A stretch of 64,000 nt of DNA. It comes from Balanoglossus misakiensis. Taxonomy: Eukaryota > Animalia > Hemichordata. The stretch's first letter is position 1, and the number at the start of each line of letters is the position of its first letter. Below the pieces are notes generated by a model. That model was not told the DNA's origin, did no database searches, and saw only the letters and a program-made list of their open reading frames with translations. The stretch is taken from contig CM082592.2 of the NCBI GenBank assembly GCA_040954595.2, positions 2,545,462 through 2,609,461 on the forward strand. The letters run 5' to 3'. A program made the translations under genes and the position numbers. Positions 52,435-64,000 of this stretch are shown piece by piece.

Positions 52435-55400
52435 ATGGAAGGCAACGCCGAAGAGTCGACCAACAGAAACATAGGGGGAATTGTTCGTGGGATGATGCCG
52501 AACCTCCCTACAATAGATTCGACGCTGCAAGCCTTGGGACAAAATCAATCGGGATCGGCATCTGCAGCGACAACAGATGTGGACGCTGTGATCATAGACG
52601 TACCCGGAAGTAATGATCAAGACGAGAACGACAACACTCGAGGCGGACAGAATGGAAATGGTGGAGCTAGAACAAGTCTGGCAGATTTACGAATAGCTGC
52701 ATCGTGGGCAGAAAAGACGATTCCGTTCCTTATTGTTTTGTTTTTAAAAGTTGTTTTTGATCATAGACTGGGTAAGTGTAGCCAGCACAGACCCCCCCCC
52801 CCTCCCTCACGCACATACACCAATCAACCAGTGATCGCGAAAACCCTACATTATATACAAATGGAAAAGTATATTATTTTCCAGTTGTATCAGTGAGTTG
52901 AACTTTGCGATCACTAATAGATGTGTGCCTTTAATAGAGTACAAGCAAGGTTCATTTGCTTACATCACTGTTCTCACTCTTTGCAATACTGTGCATCGTT
53001 CCTCTTGACGTTTAGGCCTGTGTTGCCGTGCATACACAAATAGGTACTAGAATACCCGGTTTTACATGTATACATATAGGCCAAACCTTGAGCTACAATA
53101 TTGCATCAGAGTTCTTACATTCCTACAGTCTGCATTTTCCAGAGCCCAGGTAGCAATTTTGTTTTGAATACCCACTCTCATTGACAATACTTGAAAGATT
53201 AATTCTTTAATATCAATCTTTAATATCATGTACTTATTCAAAAACTACCAAGTACGAGATTGATTGGCATAACATTTTATCTGACCTGCATTGAAATAAG
53301 TGCCAATTATTAAGGTGCTTTAGAGTCTTTTGGCTTCACAAAGTGTTCATTTCTGTGCACATCATTCAAATCTCATAAAGTAACGTGATGTATTCTCATT
53401 TCAGGCCTTATTGTTTTGGTTGGTTTGTTTGGAACATTCATTCACTACAATGGCAGTTTAAAAAGGCAGGTTGCTCTCAAGGTAAGTATAAGTGCAGATT
53501 GAGATGTCTATCTGGCAATGACAAAATGACAACGCTCAATTATGTAATATTGTACATGTAATACTAAATCACATGTGTACTTTGAATATATTGTTGTTTT
53601 TCCAAGTTGTAATATGCATTTCATGTACTACCACTGATGGGAGAGAGACAGTGGTAAATTTAGGTTACAAACATAAATTTCCTTGATGTCACAATGAGCT
53701 AGTTCTACTGACCAATCTATCCTACATGTAATTATAGTATACACTCCATTAGCATACAGACCTGTAACCGACATCTTTTCACATTCAAGACACTGTTGTA
53801 TTTTTTCCATTTTCAGGAGAAACGACGCCTATCCACTTTAGTTCTGATGTTGGCTTTCTTACCATTAAATATATTTTTCATTTACTATGTCTTTGATGAA
53901 CACCATCTTCAAAATTGGTGAGTGTGCCGTACAGGAGTGACCACTTCAGAGTGGCTAATACTGTGTCGTCTGCCAACCTCAAGAGAAAATTGCAAGATTT
54001 TCCTAGCTGTTAGCATGAGGTTTATTATAAAATACCTATGGCCTGGCCTATATTCGGGCCATAGCAGCCGTTTTTACCCCCTCGTGGCTGTGAGTTACCA
54101 GAATCATATGCTATTTCCCTCGGCCTGCGGCCTCGGGAAATAGCATATGATTCTGGTAACTCACAGCCCCTCGTGGGTAATAAACGGCCGCTATTGCCCT
54201 CATGGCCAGGCAATAGGTTTCTGACATAAACTGACCAAAAGTGCAATGTCCACATATTTATAGATGCCTTGTTTTCTATTCTTTGAGTACAAGTCAAATA
54301 AACATTCAAATTCAATCCGGCCGGGCATCACAAAAAGTGACAGTCTAGCAAGCCATGTCTGGTTTGCCAGACACACTCCTCGTTTCAAATTATCTGATTT
54401 ACAAGTAAAGTTTAACCCAGCACTTTTTTAGTTGAACTTTGGTTCTTTCTAGCCAAATTCTTACTCTAAATAGAATGTTAATAATGCATTTAGCCCTAGC
54501 CTAGTCCTAGCCGTATTTTGTCCGCTTTGCTTCCAAACTACGGCTAGGACTAGGCTAATGTAGCCCACCCTTAGGAATAAAACCTATGACCTCTTTCTGC
54601 TGACCAAATGGTGCAGTTCCATTTGGAATTATCTACATTGTAAGTTACTGAATGCAGAAATACTGTAACTGACTTAAACTTGGAGTAGAGTTATGCATCT
54701 AACAGTGTGAAAACACACCCCAAAAGTCACTGAATTATAACATGGTAAGTGACCTTGTACTTGGAGATTTCAAACCATTTTGCTGTAAACCTCTGATGCC
54801 TTTGGGGGGCCAAGGACTTTTACAGCAAACATGTATGGTTTCATTCTGTAAACAATCTTGCTACTTGGTCACTTACCTTTATTATAATAAAGTGCAAGAG
54901 TATTATATTTAGACCAATTTCTTTGCATCTGTGTTTCTAACATCTCTGTGTTTTTTTTATTTTTCAGTTTGATATTTTTAATGCCAGAGTTGGATAGCAT
55001 TGACCTGTGGACCCTACTGTGGACTGTTGGTATAACAGATTATGTAATTAAATTCATCAGTATCGCTATAAAATGTTTCATTGCAATGACTCCAAGAAAA
55101 GTCAATAGTTTCAAAAGAAGGGTAAGTTAATCCGTTCTGTTTCCATTTTCATGTAATGTGTTTTGAAAATTTAACCCTTAAGAGGGATTCGGATGTTGGT
55201 ATTTGTCCTGTCATTTATGCATGAGGATCAGATGGTAGCCATGGAAACAAAACAATCCATGATGTCATCTGATCTGTACACCACAGTGTTCTATTTGCTG
55301 AGTGATCCTGTGGAGTCTGTGAAAATGATATCAAGGCACTATTATGAAAAATTTCAATTTTATTTTCATATTAACCCTTTCATCCCCAGTTCCCTCTTTA

Positions 55401-58043
55401 GAAGTCCAACTTGACCGTGGGAAACAATGGGTTTGGACAGAGCCATGGTGGTGAAAGGGTTTAAACAGAATGGTGTAAAATGTTCATTGACACAGAGTGG
55501 GCCATGAGCTGATCTTTTATTTGTTTGCTAATTTCAAGACCTATTTCACATATCTAAAATAAAACACCTGAACCCACTTGAATTTGATTGTAACTGCAAA
55601 ACCCCTAATTTGCCACAAACATAAATGAACTTGATACCAGGTAATATCTTTATTCTGTTGGTTTAACTACTTCACCATTGATTACCTGCTTGTTTGATAT
55701 CTTTTCAGGGCAAGTTTTATCTTTTTATTGAACTGGCATCTCAATTGTACAGAATATTGACACCAGTTCCCATATGGTGTGCCTACCTACGTGATGATAC
55801 CTATTCTCATTGGATTCTGGGATATCTTCTAGTTCTTATCTATATCATTGCTAAGGTGAGACACCTATTCCCCTAGTAACTCTCACTTTTGGCTGTTTTT
55901 TTTTTCACTTTTTGACCTTAACTTCAGTCTTAAAGGGACAAAGTCTCTCTCTTGTTGCCCTTTTTCCGTTAATTATGTTTGATACAGGACACCATCTATG
56001 TTATTCTACATGTGGATATAGACTGAATCAACATTCGACCACACACAACTTCCATCCCACTTGAAGACACTAAAGTGAAAAACTCGGCAAAATGAATAAT
56101 CAGTGTTTACCATTTATTCATTTTGGCGAAATTTTTACTCTCATATCCTACGAATGGGATGGAAGTTGTGTGTGGTCTGCCGATGGTTGATTCACTATAT
56201 GTCCACATATAGAAAAACATAAACGATGTCTTGTACATCAAACATAATTAATGGAAAAAGGGCAGCGAGAGAGAGACTTTGTCCCTTTAATATCTGCACG
56301 ATCCTCAACAAAGCCTATACAATGATGGCCATTGATGACAAATTAATCCAAGTGATGATAAAGTGGTCACAAATTTTAGTGCCAACAACAACAAATGGTA
56401 TTTGCATAAACTTAAAGGTTGACATACACACATTTCAGACACTGTTTAACCTGTAATTTAAAAACAAATTTGTTCTTGTCTAAATAGGCTCGAACTGCTC
56501 TGGAAAAACTGAAAGATGTTAGAAAAGCTTGGAAAAATCTTTTCACAGATGTGGTGAGTATCATACAGAAGACTGGAGCACTATATGTTTGACAATTAGT
56601 ATACGGTCGCCCATTGAAAATTAGCTATAGTTACCATGGCAAAATAAGATCAAGCCAATTACAGATTTTCAGTGGGTGGCACACGCGAAAACAAGAGCGC
56701 CACCATATGTTCTTTAGAACGCTCAAATACGCCATTTCAGCCATATATGGGCGTATATGTAAATTGGAGGTGACTGTATACCTTTAAGTTATTGATGCCA
56801 TTAGGGCCCACTGATATAGATGACTGTTTCTTCCAATTGCTGGAATATTGCAGTCATTAAGTCACTCTTATCATAAAAGCATTGGATCACAGAATGAAGT
56901 GAAAATGTCAATTGTTTTGGAGACATTGCAGTGTACCTAGACATAGTTACCATAACAACAGACTTAATGTGTAAAATCCAACCTATTTCCCCACCCGACA
57001 GAAGCAGACTGAGGGATTCACATAATTTCAGTGTAAAAAAGGAAAAAACAATCTATAAATGCATTCATACATTTTTGTAACGCATCCCAATTCTCTGATT
57101 GTTCACTCGCACGACATTCCACAATATTTTAGGCCATAACACATGGATCTCAAACAATATAAATACTGTGTACAAACTAAGTTCATATAGGCAACATCCA
57201 GGAATCTGCATTGACCCGTTGCCATGGCTACACGGTCCGATGAAACCAGCCTGGCAATCGAGGCGTGTAATTAAAATATTATTGCATGAATACCTGCGTT
57301 CCGCAAATGGCCCCCTGTATTCAGGCACTAATATAATATCAGAGTACCCTTTGATTTTACAGGCTCTCACATTATGCAGTACGGTAATATTTTGAATCGA
57401 ATGTCAGAACTGTTAGAAAGCCTTCTTCGCAAACAATATTTTTGTCTGCTCATGAATTAGGTGCCCTTTGCATTAATATTTGATCTTTTATTTATTTGAA
57501 GTATATTCCAACCATGATTTGTGTTCTGTTGACAGCATTACGGCAACCCACCCAGCAAGGATCAGATGTTAGCGGCTGGAAGTGCTTGTCCAATATGTCA
57601 AGAAGACTATGCTGAGCCTGTCATGTTGCATGCCTGCAAAGTAAGTCCAGTCTCCAGTCAGTTTATGCTCAGCCAATCTTGTTGCTTGCTGACAATAATT
57701 TTGTTTTGCAGAAACTATTGTCTGATTGCTTTGACAAAACTATTTCTGAGCATTTAAACAGTGTATTTCAGAGACAACTCATTCCAGCTTCACCGTCAGT
57801 AGTGGATTTCATATCTGCCCTCACTGTACATGTACCAATATTTTGATGAAGGGGATTCATCTTATTTTCTCACCATAGATTTTTAATTATGATGTTTTGT
57901 TTCTATTGCAGCACATATTTTGTGAAGAATGTGTGTCCATATGGTTTGACAGAGAAAGGACCTGTCCAATGTGTAGGGCCAAAATAGCTGAGGATCCGTC
58001 ATGGAAAGATGGAGCAACAGCCGCTTATATGCAACTTTTTTGA
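52435..58043 (+). CDS. RNFT2: RING finger and transmembrane domain-containing protein (RNFT1/RNFT2 family), 8 exons, 372 aa
   Basis: Exons 52435-52771, 53405-53481, 53817-53917, 54968-55121, 55709-55855, 56488-56553, 57536-57640 and 57912-58043, all GT-AG and in frame (1119 nt). Several TM segments, then C3HC4 RING CPICQED...[24 protein letters not shown] and W.DG.T tail. RNFT1 vs RNFT2 orthology cannot be resolved by eye. Confidence 0.9.
54033..54220. mobile_element. Foldback palindromic MITE-like element in intron 3
   Basis: Arms GGCTGTGAGTTACCAGAATCATATGCTATTTCCC / GGGAAATAGCATATGATTCTGGTAACTCACAGCC. Confidence 0.75.
54497..54557. mobile_element. 61-bp hairpin mini-element with TA ends
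   Basis: TAGCCTAGTCCTAGCCGTA...TACGGCTAGGACTAGGCTA. Confidence 0.65.
55371..55464. mobile_element. Tiny TTAA-flanked, piggyBac-like MITE
   Basis: TTAACCCTTTCA...TGAAAGGGTTTAA. Confidence 0.5.
55930..56290. mobile_element. TTAA-flanked foldback MITE (Kolobok-like ends)
   Basis: TTAAAGGGACAAAGTCTCTCTC...GAGAGAGACTTTGTCCCTTTAA; imperfect palindrome over its whole length. Confidence 0.75.
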
Positions 58044-59802
58044 ACAGTCCCGATTATTCCTCAATCTCAGTTTTATCGAGTAGCTTTGAAATGATTTCAG
58101 TTCAAACCTGTTTGTGAGGGATATCATTTGAAAACACCAACACCATCAAAACAGTTATCTTTAATTTCCCTACCATATCATTGAACAGTCTCCTTGGCAA
58201 CAGTGTCGTCTTCCAAGGATAGTCAAAAAGTGAAACATGTAGAAAGTAAAGTACGTCAGGTTTGTGACATGTCAGTGTGGCAGCAGGACATGAAATATGA
58301 CCTTTAGAAACAATTTGTCAATGACTATTGTACACAGGTACAGGTCCTAGACTGTAAGGTACAGACGTTTCGCTTGAGGGTTCTCTGTACCCCTCCCCAT
58401 TCCTCCCCCCCAAAAAACAACTGTGGGCAGTGTGTCGTTTAGCCAGCGACATCAATGAAATAAAGCCACTCCCAAGTGGTATATGTAGAATTCCCTAGTC
58501 TGTCATTTCGGATTGTAAAAACTGTAGAGTCACATGTCTTTTTGATGCAATGTGACTGGTTCCAACAAACAAATTTTGCAGTTTGCTGTAACTACAAACT
58601 GCCTAGTTGTTGTTTTTTCGGGGTGGAGGTACAGTCTACTGGTGGGCAACATTTTTGTACAAGGGGAAAACTATTAATTATTTGGGAAGGGTTAGACTTT
58701 TGAAAGAAAATGTTACAGGCTGATTAGCCGTAGTAATTAGCAAAATCTATTTGACAAGAACAGGAAAGTTTGTAACATTCATATAATAAAAAAGAATAAT
58801 TGCATTCTTAAAGTCCCTACTTATTAATTCTGCTTTTGGTCCTGCGTCATGATATGCATACATTTAGGATGGTTCAACCGTAACTTTTACATTCTGATAC
58901 ACTTGTCATTTCTGTATAGAGTATTTGCATACTTTGACTGTGCATGTGTTTTGCCAAACAAGGTACACCAAAGTATGCAAGTCAGTTGACTGTGATCACA
59001 CAATTTATATTTTGGTCTCATACAGGTTTATGTTATTTGTTAGAGTGTTTTGTTAAGCATAATGATTTTGTTTGGTTTGGTTTCAATCAAGATTGTGGTC
59101 ACTCTTCACTCTGCTTAAATTATTTCAATTCAAGATTTAATATTTATTCAGTGTGTTTATTTCAGATATCAACATAGTCCAAATAGAAGTGATTTCCACT
59201 TTCAGTTGTCACACATTTCAGGATATTGGGGAATTGTAGAATAGAAATTCTTTTGTTCTAAATCTGACTGAAGTTTTTAGGATATTTAGTCTTGTTTGCA
59301 AATGTTTCCTTTTCAGGCTATCTATTCATGGTGGTCATTTTTACGCAGTGACAGATTTTGTTCACTTCCACGCGGAGCTACTGTTACCCTCATTGTGCCA
59401 CGCACAGGTTTAGGGCAGTTTGTGTTGATCCGTTTTGTTTTAGTCACTTACACTGCGAATTATAAATGAATGCAAGCAGTATCCTGCTAGTCAATTTGAA
59501 TTCTATGATCAATTTATGGTTTCAACGTGCACCATCTTTAGTCTGGACTTGCTGGCAGTGTCACTGTGAAAGTACTCACAACATAAGTGAAATAAACGCT
59601 TGTCTGGAAATGAAACCAGTCAGTACCAGGAATATTTTTTACAACAAAGAGGGTTCAGAACCGCAATAATGTTCATTGTTAGCTTTAAACTTGACATATA
59701 TATCAATGTACAGAGTGTACATAGTAATTTTGATTCTAAAGAAATAATGTATAAATTTAAATCATGTATTCTTTGTTGACATTTTCCGTTTTCTTGGTGA
59801 AA

Positions 59803-59808
59803 AATAAA
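59803..59808 (+). terminator. Candidate polyadenylation signal of the RNFT gene
   Basis: AATAAA ending an AU-rich stretch, followed by GT-rich sequence. Other AATAAA hexamers exist upstream. Confidence 0.3.
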
Positions 59809-60419
59809 TATTGAAATATTGGCAGCAGTGTGATTGGTGCAAATTTGTATTCATAGACACATGGTGTAGAGATAGCAAGCAGATCTAGGAATCAGGTGAA
59901 CACTGTATCTGAAATAATTACAAAGATTTTCCAAATTGTTTGATCAAACTATGGTGCACTTCATACAGATACATGTATGGTTCAGGGCCACCAGACAAAG
60001 TTTAAAAAAAAAATTCCATCTCCATCAATTACTATAGTTTCTCGGCAAAAATTCTACCCTTGAGCAATGAATGTAGTGTACGTGTCTCGTAGAAGTAGCT
60101 TTTGATGACAAATCATGCAGCAGTACATTCTGTAGATTGCCTAGAACGACATACAAACCGTTCCTACTGCAAAACCGAATTCACTCCAGAAAACGACTCA
60201 TCCAGTCCAGATAATATAAATTGGAACGTGTCTAATTTAATTAAAGCCAACTACATCACGAGATGTCACACGATCAAAATTTGAGGGCCTAAAACCATCT
60301 ATCATATGATACTAGTATTTGATTTATTTTGATTTATCTTTCTGACAGCTCCGTTGGATCTGTCAAAATTTCCAAAAGAATCAAAGTTCTCTATTGTCAT
60401 TCGCCAATGTCCAAAATAT

Positions 60420-60540
60420 AGGACCTACGCCAATCTGATTAAAATCAGATGTAGGGAACGGCGACATGGTTTTTTTATGCTGTCGCCTCACACTACACCG
60501 TTCCCTACATCTGATTTTAATCAGATTAGACCTAGGCCTG
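60420..60540. repeat. Inverted repeat/hairpin, probably part of a MITE
   Basis: AATCTGATTAAAATCAGATGTAGGGAACGG / CCGTTCCCTACATCTGATTTTAATCAGATT. Confidence 0.7.
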
Positions 60541-61001
60541 AGCTTTGGGCAATAGGGCCTAAGCGACATTTCTTCGCACACCCATCGTGCAGTGTGTCGT
60601 CGATACTAAAATCTGAATGCAAAGATTTTTTTCAGAGGAGAAAATCGGGGTCACACGCTCTATTTATTTTCTATTTAATTTGCATAGGAGAAAGTTACGG
60701 ATAATGAATTTCAATGTAGAACAGTGTAAACTTAAAGTTTGTCCCAACATGCAAATAAATGCCGTCTCAGGGAATCCTGTCATGTTATCATGAACTTTCC
60801 AGTGAGTTTTACTGGCTAAACCACAGAGAAAGTTTGAAATATTAAGAATTCTTTCTGCCACATTGTAAATTCTTTCTCATTAGTTACACAGCAATAAACC
60901 ACGCAGGGGACATACTGAAACTTACAACGCAGAGACCGGGGCTTGGGGCTCAGCCATTAACCCCAAAAATGTATCGCTTCTATTGCATTCCAATACCACA
61001 G

Positions 61002-61258
61002 GTCGACCATCTTTCACGTACCGACCGGAAGACACCGAGGTGCGACTGGGCGAGAGCGTGGTGCTGTGCTGCAGCGCCACCGGCTACCCGAAGCCGGTGA
61101 TCGTGTGGACGAGGCACGACCAAATCCTGCCGCAGGAGGAGAGGGTCTCTTCACATCCTGGATGTGCAACGGCAAGACCATGCAACGTACAGATGCGATG
61201 CGGTGAATAGCGTGGATACAGTCTCGGCAACTGCGCAGCTGATTGTACTAATTGAGTG
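61002..61258 (+). pseudogene. Frameshifted I-set immunoglobulin-domain exon (peroxidasin-like)
   Basis: Acceptor ccacAG|, then RPSFTYRPEDTEVRLGESVVLCCSATGYPKPVIVWTR; after a frame change, GSLHILDVQRQDHATYRCDAVNSVDTVSATAQLIVL. Confidence 0.7.
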
Positions 61259-61686
61259 ATCAATCTTTTATCGTCTTTGACTTTATGGAATAAGTTTGCT
61301 TATTGAAATTTGCTGAGTCATCAGTTCTTATCCTGGCTATCAAATGTAAGATGCCATGTGTTGAATGCTGTCATTGATGAAAAAAGAAACCCTTTCAATA
61401 ATTTTGCTATAGTGAGTGGTTAAGCCATGGTTTACTTTTGGTTTTGAAGGCCAAGCTAACTTGGTGATGTCCACAATTCATCAGCATGCACTTGAGTCGA
61501 GCCTACCTGATGATAAATTCTGTCACTCCACACTATTTAATTTGTCGGACAGTGTTCATACATGTGCACTTATTGTCTCAAACACAAACTCGAGAGTCAG
61601 CTAGATGCAACAAATCTAGTCCAAATCCCTTGGGACGTGTCCTCACAGCCATTGATATTTGCAGCAAGTGCTGAGTGACATGATAT

Positions 61687-63471
61687 ACGATACTGAAGTT
61701 AGTGTCGGTTTCGGTTTCGGATTCGGGTTCGAGAGACTGAAAGTAGTTAAGCATTTACGGTCGACCCTCGCGGTTTTTAGTATGTAGCGTGAAAATAACT
61801 ACGCCAAAAGACGTATACACGTGATCAAACTCTTTAACTGTTATTTATTATATTTTTGGCACCCATAATATTGTTAATTTATGTCGGAAATTATAAAATA
61901 CGTCTTTTTATCAACGAAATATCTACCACAAGAGGGCGTTAATTTGAGCACACGTTCAACGATGCTGAAGTTAGTGTCGGTTTCGGATTCGGATTCAGTT
62001 TCGGATTCGGTTTCGGATTCGGGTTCGAGAGACTGAAAGTAGTTAAGCATTTTCGAGCGACCATCGCGGTTTGGCATCTGCAGTACGAGTATGAAAATAA
62101 CTCTGTTAAAATATGAATATATCTGATCAAACTCTCTCGACATGTTAAGTATGATATTTTTGGCACCAAAACACTGTTTTTTCACATCGGAAATTGTTAA
62201 ATACATATTTTATTATCGAAAAACATACTTCAATGATAGAAAGATAATATTTTGTAATTTTCGGTTTGAATAAACATTTTTTGGTTGAGAAAAATGTCAT
62301 ACATAATAAGTACAGATTAAATCAAATTTATTCGTGTTTTAGTAAAGTAATTTTCATCCTCGTACTGCAGATGCCAAACCGCGATGGTTGCCCGAAAATG
62401 CTAAACTACTTTCAGTCTCTCCAACCCGAATCCGAAACCGAATCCGAAACTGAATCCGAAACCGAATCCGAGTCTTACTTCAGTATCGTCACGTTCAAGT
62501 GTGTGGCAAGAGGCACGCTGAATGAAATGTCTGCATTTGGTGTTTTCGTTCTTCCTAACTGCGATATGATTTCCATGTTCCGTATTGGCAAGCGTCGTGT
62601 TGGCAGGTTTGTACTCATATTTAGTGTAACCCTATTTTATTAATTATGCATGTGGATGTGATGACAGACCCCTTGATGTGATGCACTAAGAAATTGTACA
62701 TACTGGGATATAGCACAATGCTATAAATCACAGTATTTACACCTGCATAAAACTCGATTTCGATGATCACACATGCGTGTGGGCCAACAGGGTTCAGGGA
62801 AATCTCTTGTAACCTCTGTCACGAATGTGTGGTTGCATTACAGAGGTCACAAAGGCTGGTACCTGAGGGCGTATCACATTAGGCAATGCAAACAAACATT
62901 CTGGTAGTCACAAGACAAACACAAAGACAAAGGTGTTTTGCTTTCCATAAAATAAGGTATTTTATTTTTCATATTTCAACAGGAAAACACCATAGTGACA
63001 TATGTTAATTATTGGCCATGCACTTCTGTGTCCCTGTGGTCAAGGCAGTAAAGTTTGCCATTAATTAAAGGTAAATCTTGGGGGGATATAGCAAAGATAC
63101 AAACTTTTGCTATTTGGCTGATGTTTTTGATTATATTTAAATGTTTCTGGAAAAATTGGGCATAGGTCAATTGGCCAGGTCTTGTGATCTCATCATAAAA
63201 GTGAAAAATTGTGCATTAATTAATTAAGCAATAACCCTCGCCGCAGGCGGGTATACACGAGATTTGGGTACAATTCGTGACATATAGCGCGAGCCGTCAG
63301 GCGAGTGCTACATCGTGGTCTATATATTTTTCATGCCCGAAATGATTCTTTGACTGTATGAAAAACTATAGAAAATCAGCTGTTAATGATAAACTACTTT
63401 CAGTCTCTCGAACCCGAAACCGAATCCGAAACTGAATCCGAAACCGAATCCGAGTCTTACTTCAGTATCGT
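61687..63471. mobile_element. Non-autonomous TIR transposon with 8-bp TSD CATGATAT (outer element)
   Basis: ACGATACTGAAG...CTTCAGTATCGT termini, subterminal (CCGAAT/CCGAAA)-like hexamers, TSD at 61679-61686 and 63472-63479. Confidence 0.85.
61959..62489. mobile_element. 531-bp MITE of the same family nested in the outer element, 8-bp TSD CACGTTCA
   Basis: ACGATGCTGAAG...CTTCAGTATCGT with long TIRs; TSD at 61951-61958 and 62490-62497. Confidence 0.88.
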
Positions 63472-64000
63472 CATGATATCTTTTCTTAGCGTGGGCGCCA
63501 ACTAGAGTCCAATCGATAGCGTTTGCTTTGTTTTTATCCTAGTTCCGCCAACTTTTAAAGGCCAGGTGACCAAGGCGGCCAGGTGACCAAGATGTGAGCG
63601 AGGGGAGAACAGCCCAGTTCCATTGCAGCTCCAGCTCCACTCCGCTCCAACTCCACTCGCGCACAGGCGATCGTTTAATTTTCCTGAATGATCGTGCGCA
63701 ACTCCGTGCAAACACTTCCAAATGCTGCCACGACGATCATATGTTTCATGTCTCGGTATGCAGTATACATTAAATATTGTGATTTGCATTCACTTGTACT
63801 TTCCCTCAAACATTCCGTGTTTGCGTAATCGTCACAAGCTGTGACAAATCACCGTCTGTTTTCGATGTGCGCCTGTAATGTATATAAACAGTGTTCTCAA
63901 ACATCTATGGAAGATGAAAGACATTTCGAATTTTGTTTTTCACTCGAATTCACAAAAATCGTGACGTAAAATTGATGGGAGGGTATATCAGAGAATACTG

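Noticed and set aside
61874-62643. ESETESET-repeat ORFs on both strands
   Set aside because: Translations of the hexamer arrays in the MITE TIRs.

Overview
Eukaryotic genomic DNA, AT-rich and intron-containing, probably from an invertebrate. About 50 kb (2055-51952) is one nested cluster of eight Helentron (Helitron2/HLE2)-type elements. Six are 1.1-1.5 kb non-autonomous elements. Two are near-identical ~20.8 kb copies encoding an OTU protease-HUH Rep-Pif1 helicase-APE endonuclease protein, both interrupted by the same 848-bp TIR insertion. The eight left ends and eight right-end hairpins pair like balanced brackets: E1(E2() E3(E4()) E5(E6(E7(E8())))). Nested elements sit ~50-60 bp inside the right end of their host, leaving five stacked hairpins at 51693-51952. 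The cluster lies between the probable 5' end of a minus-strand gene and a complete 8-exon RNFT1/2-like RING-finger transmembrane gene (52435-58043). Downstream are MITEs, a decayed Ig-domain exon and a pair of self-nested transposons with 8-bp TSDs. All calls were read by eye; no database searches were run.
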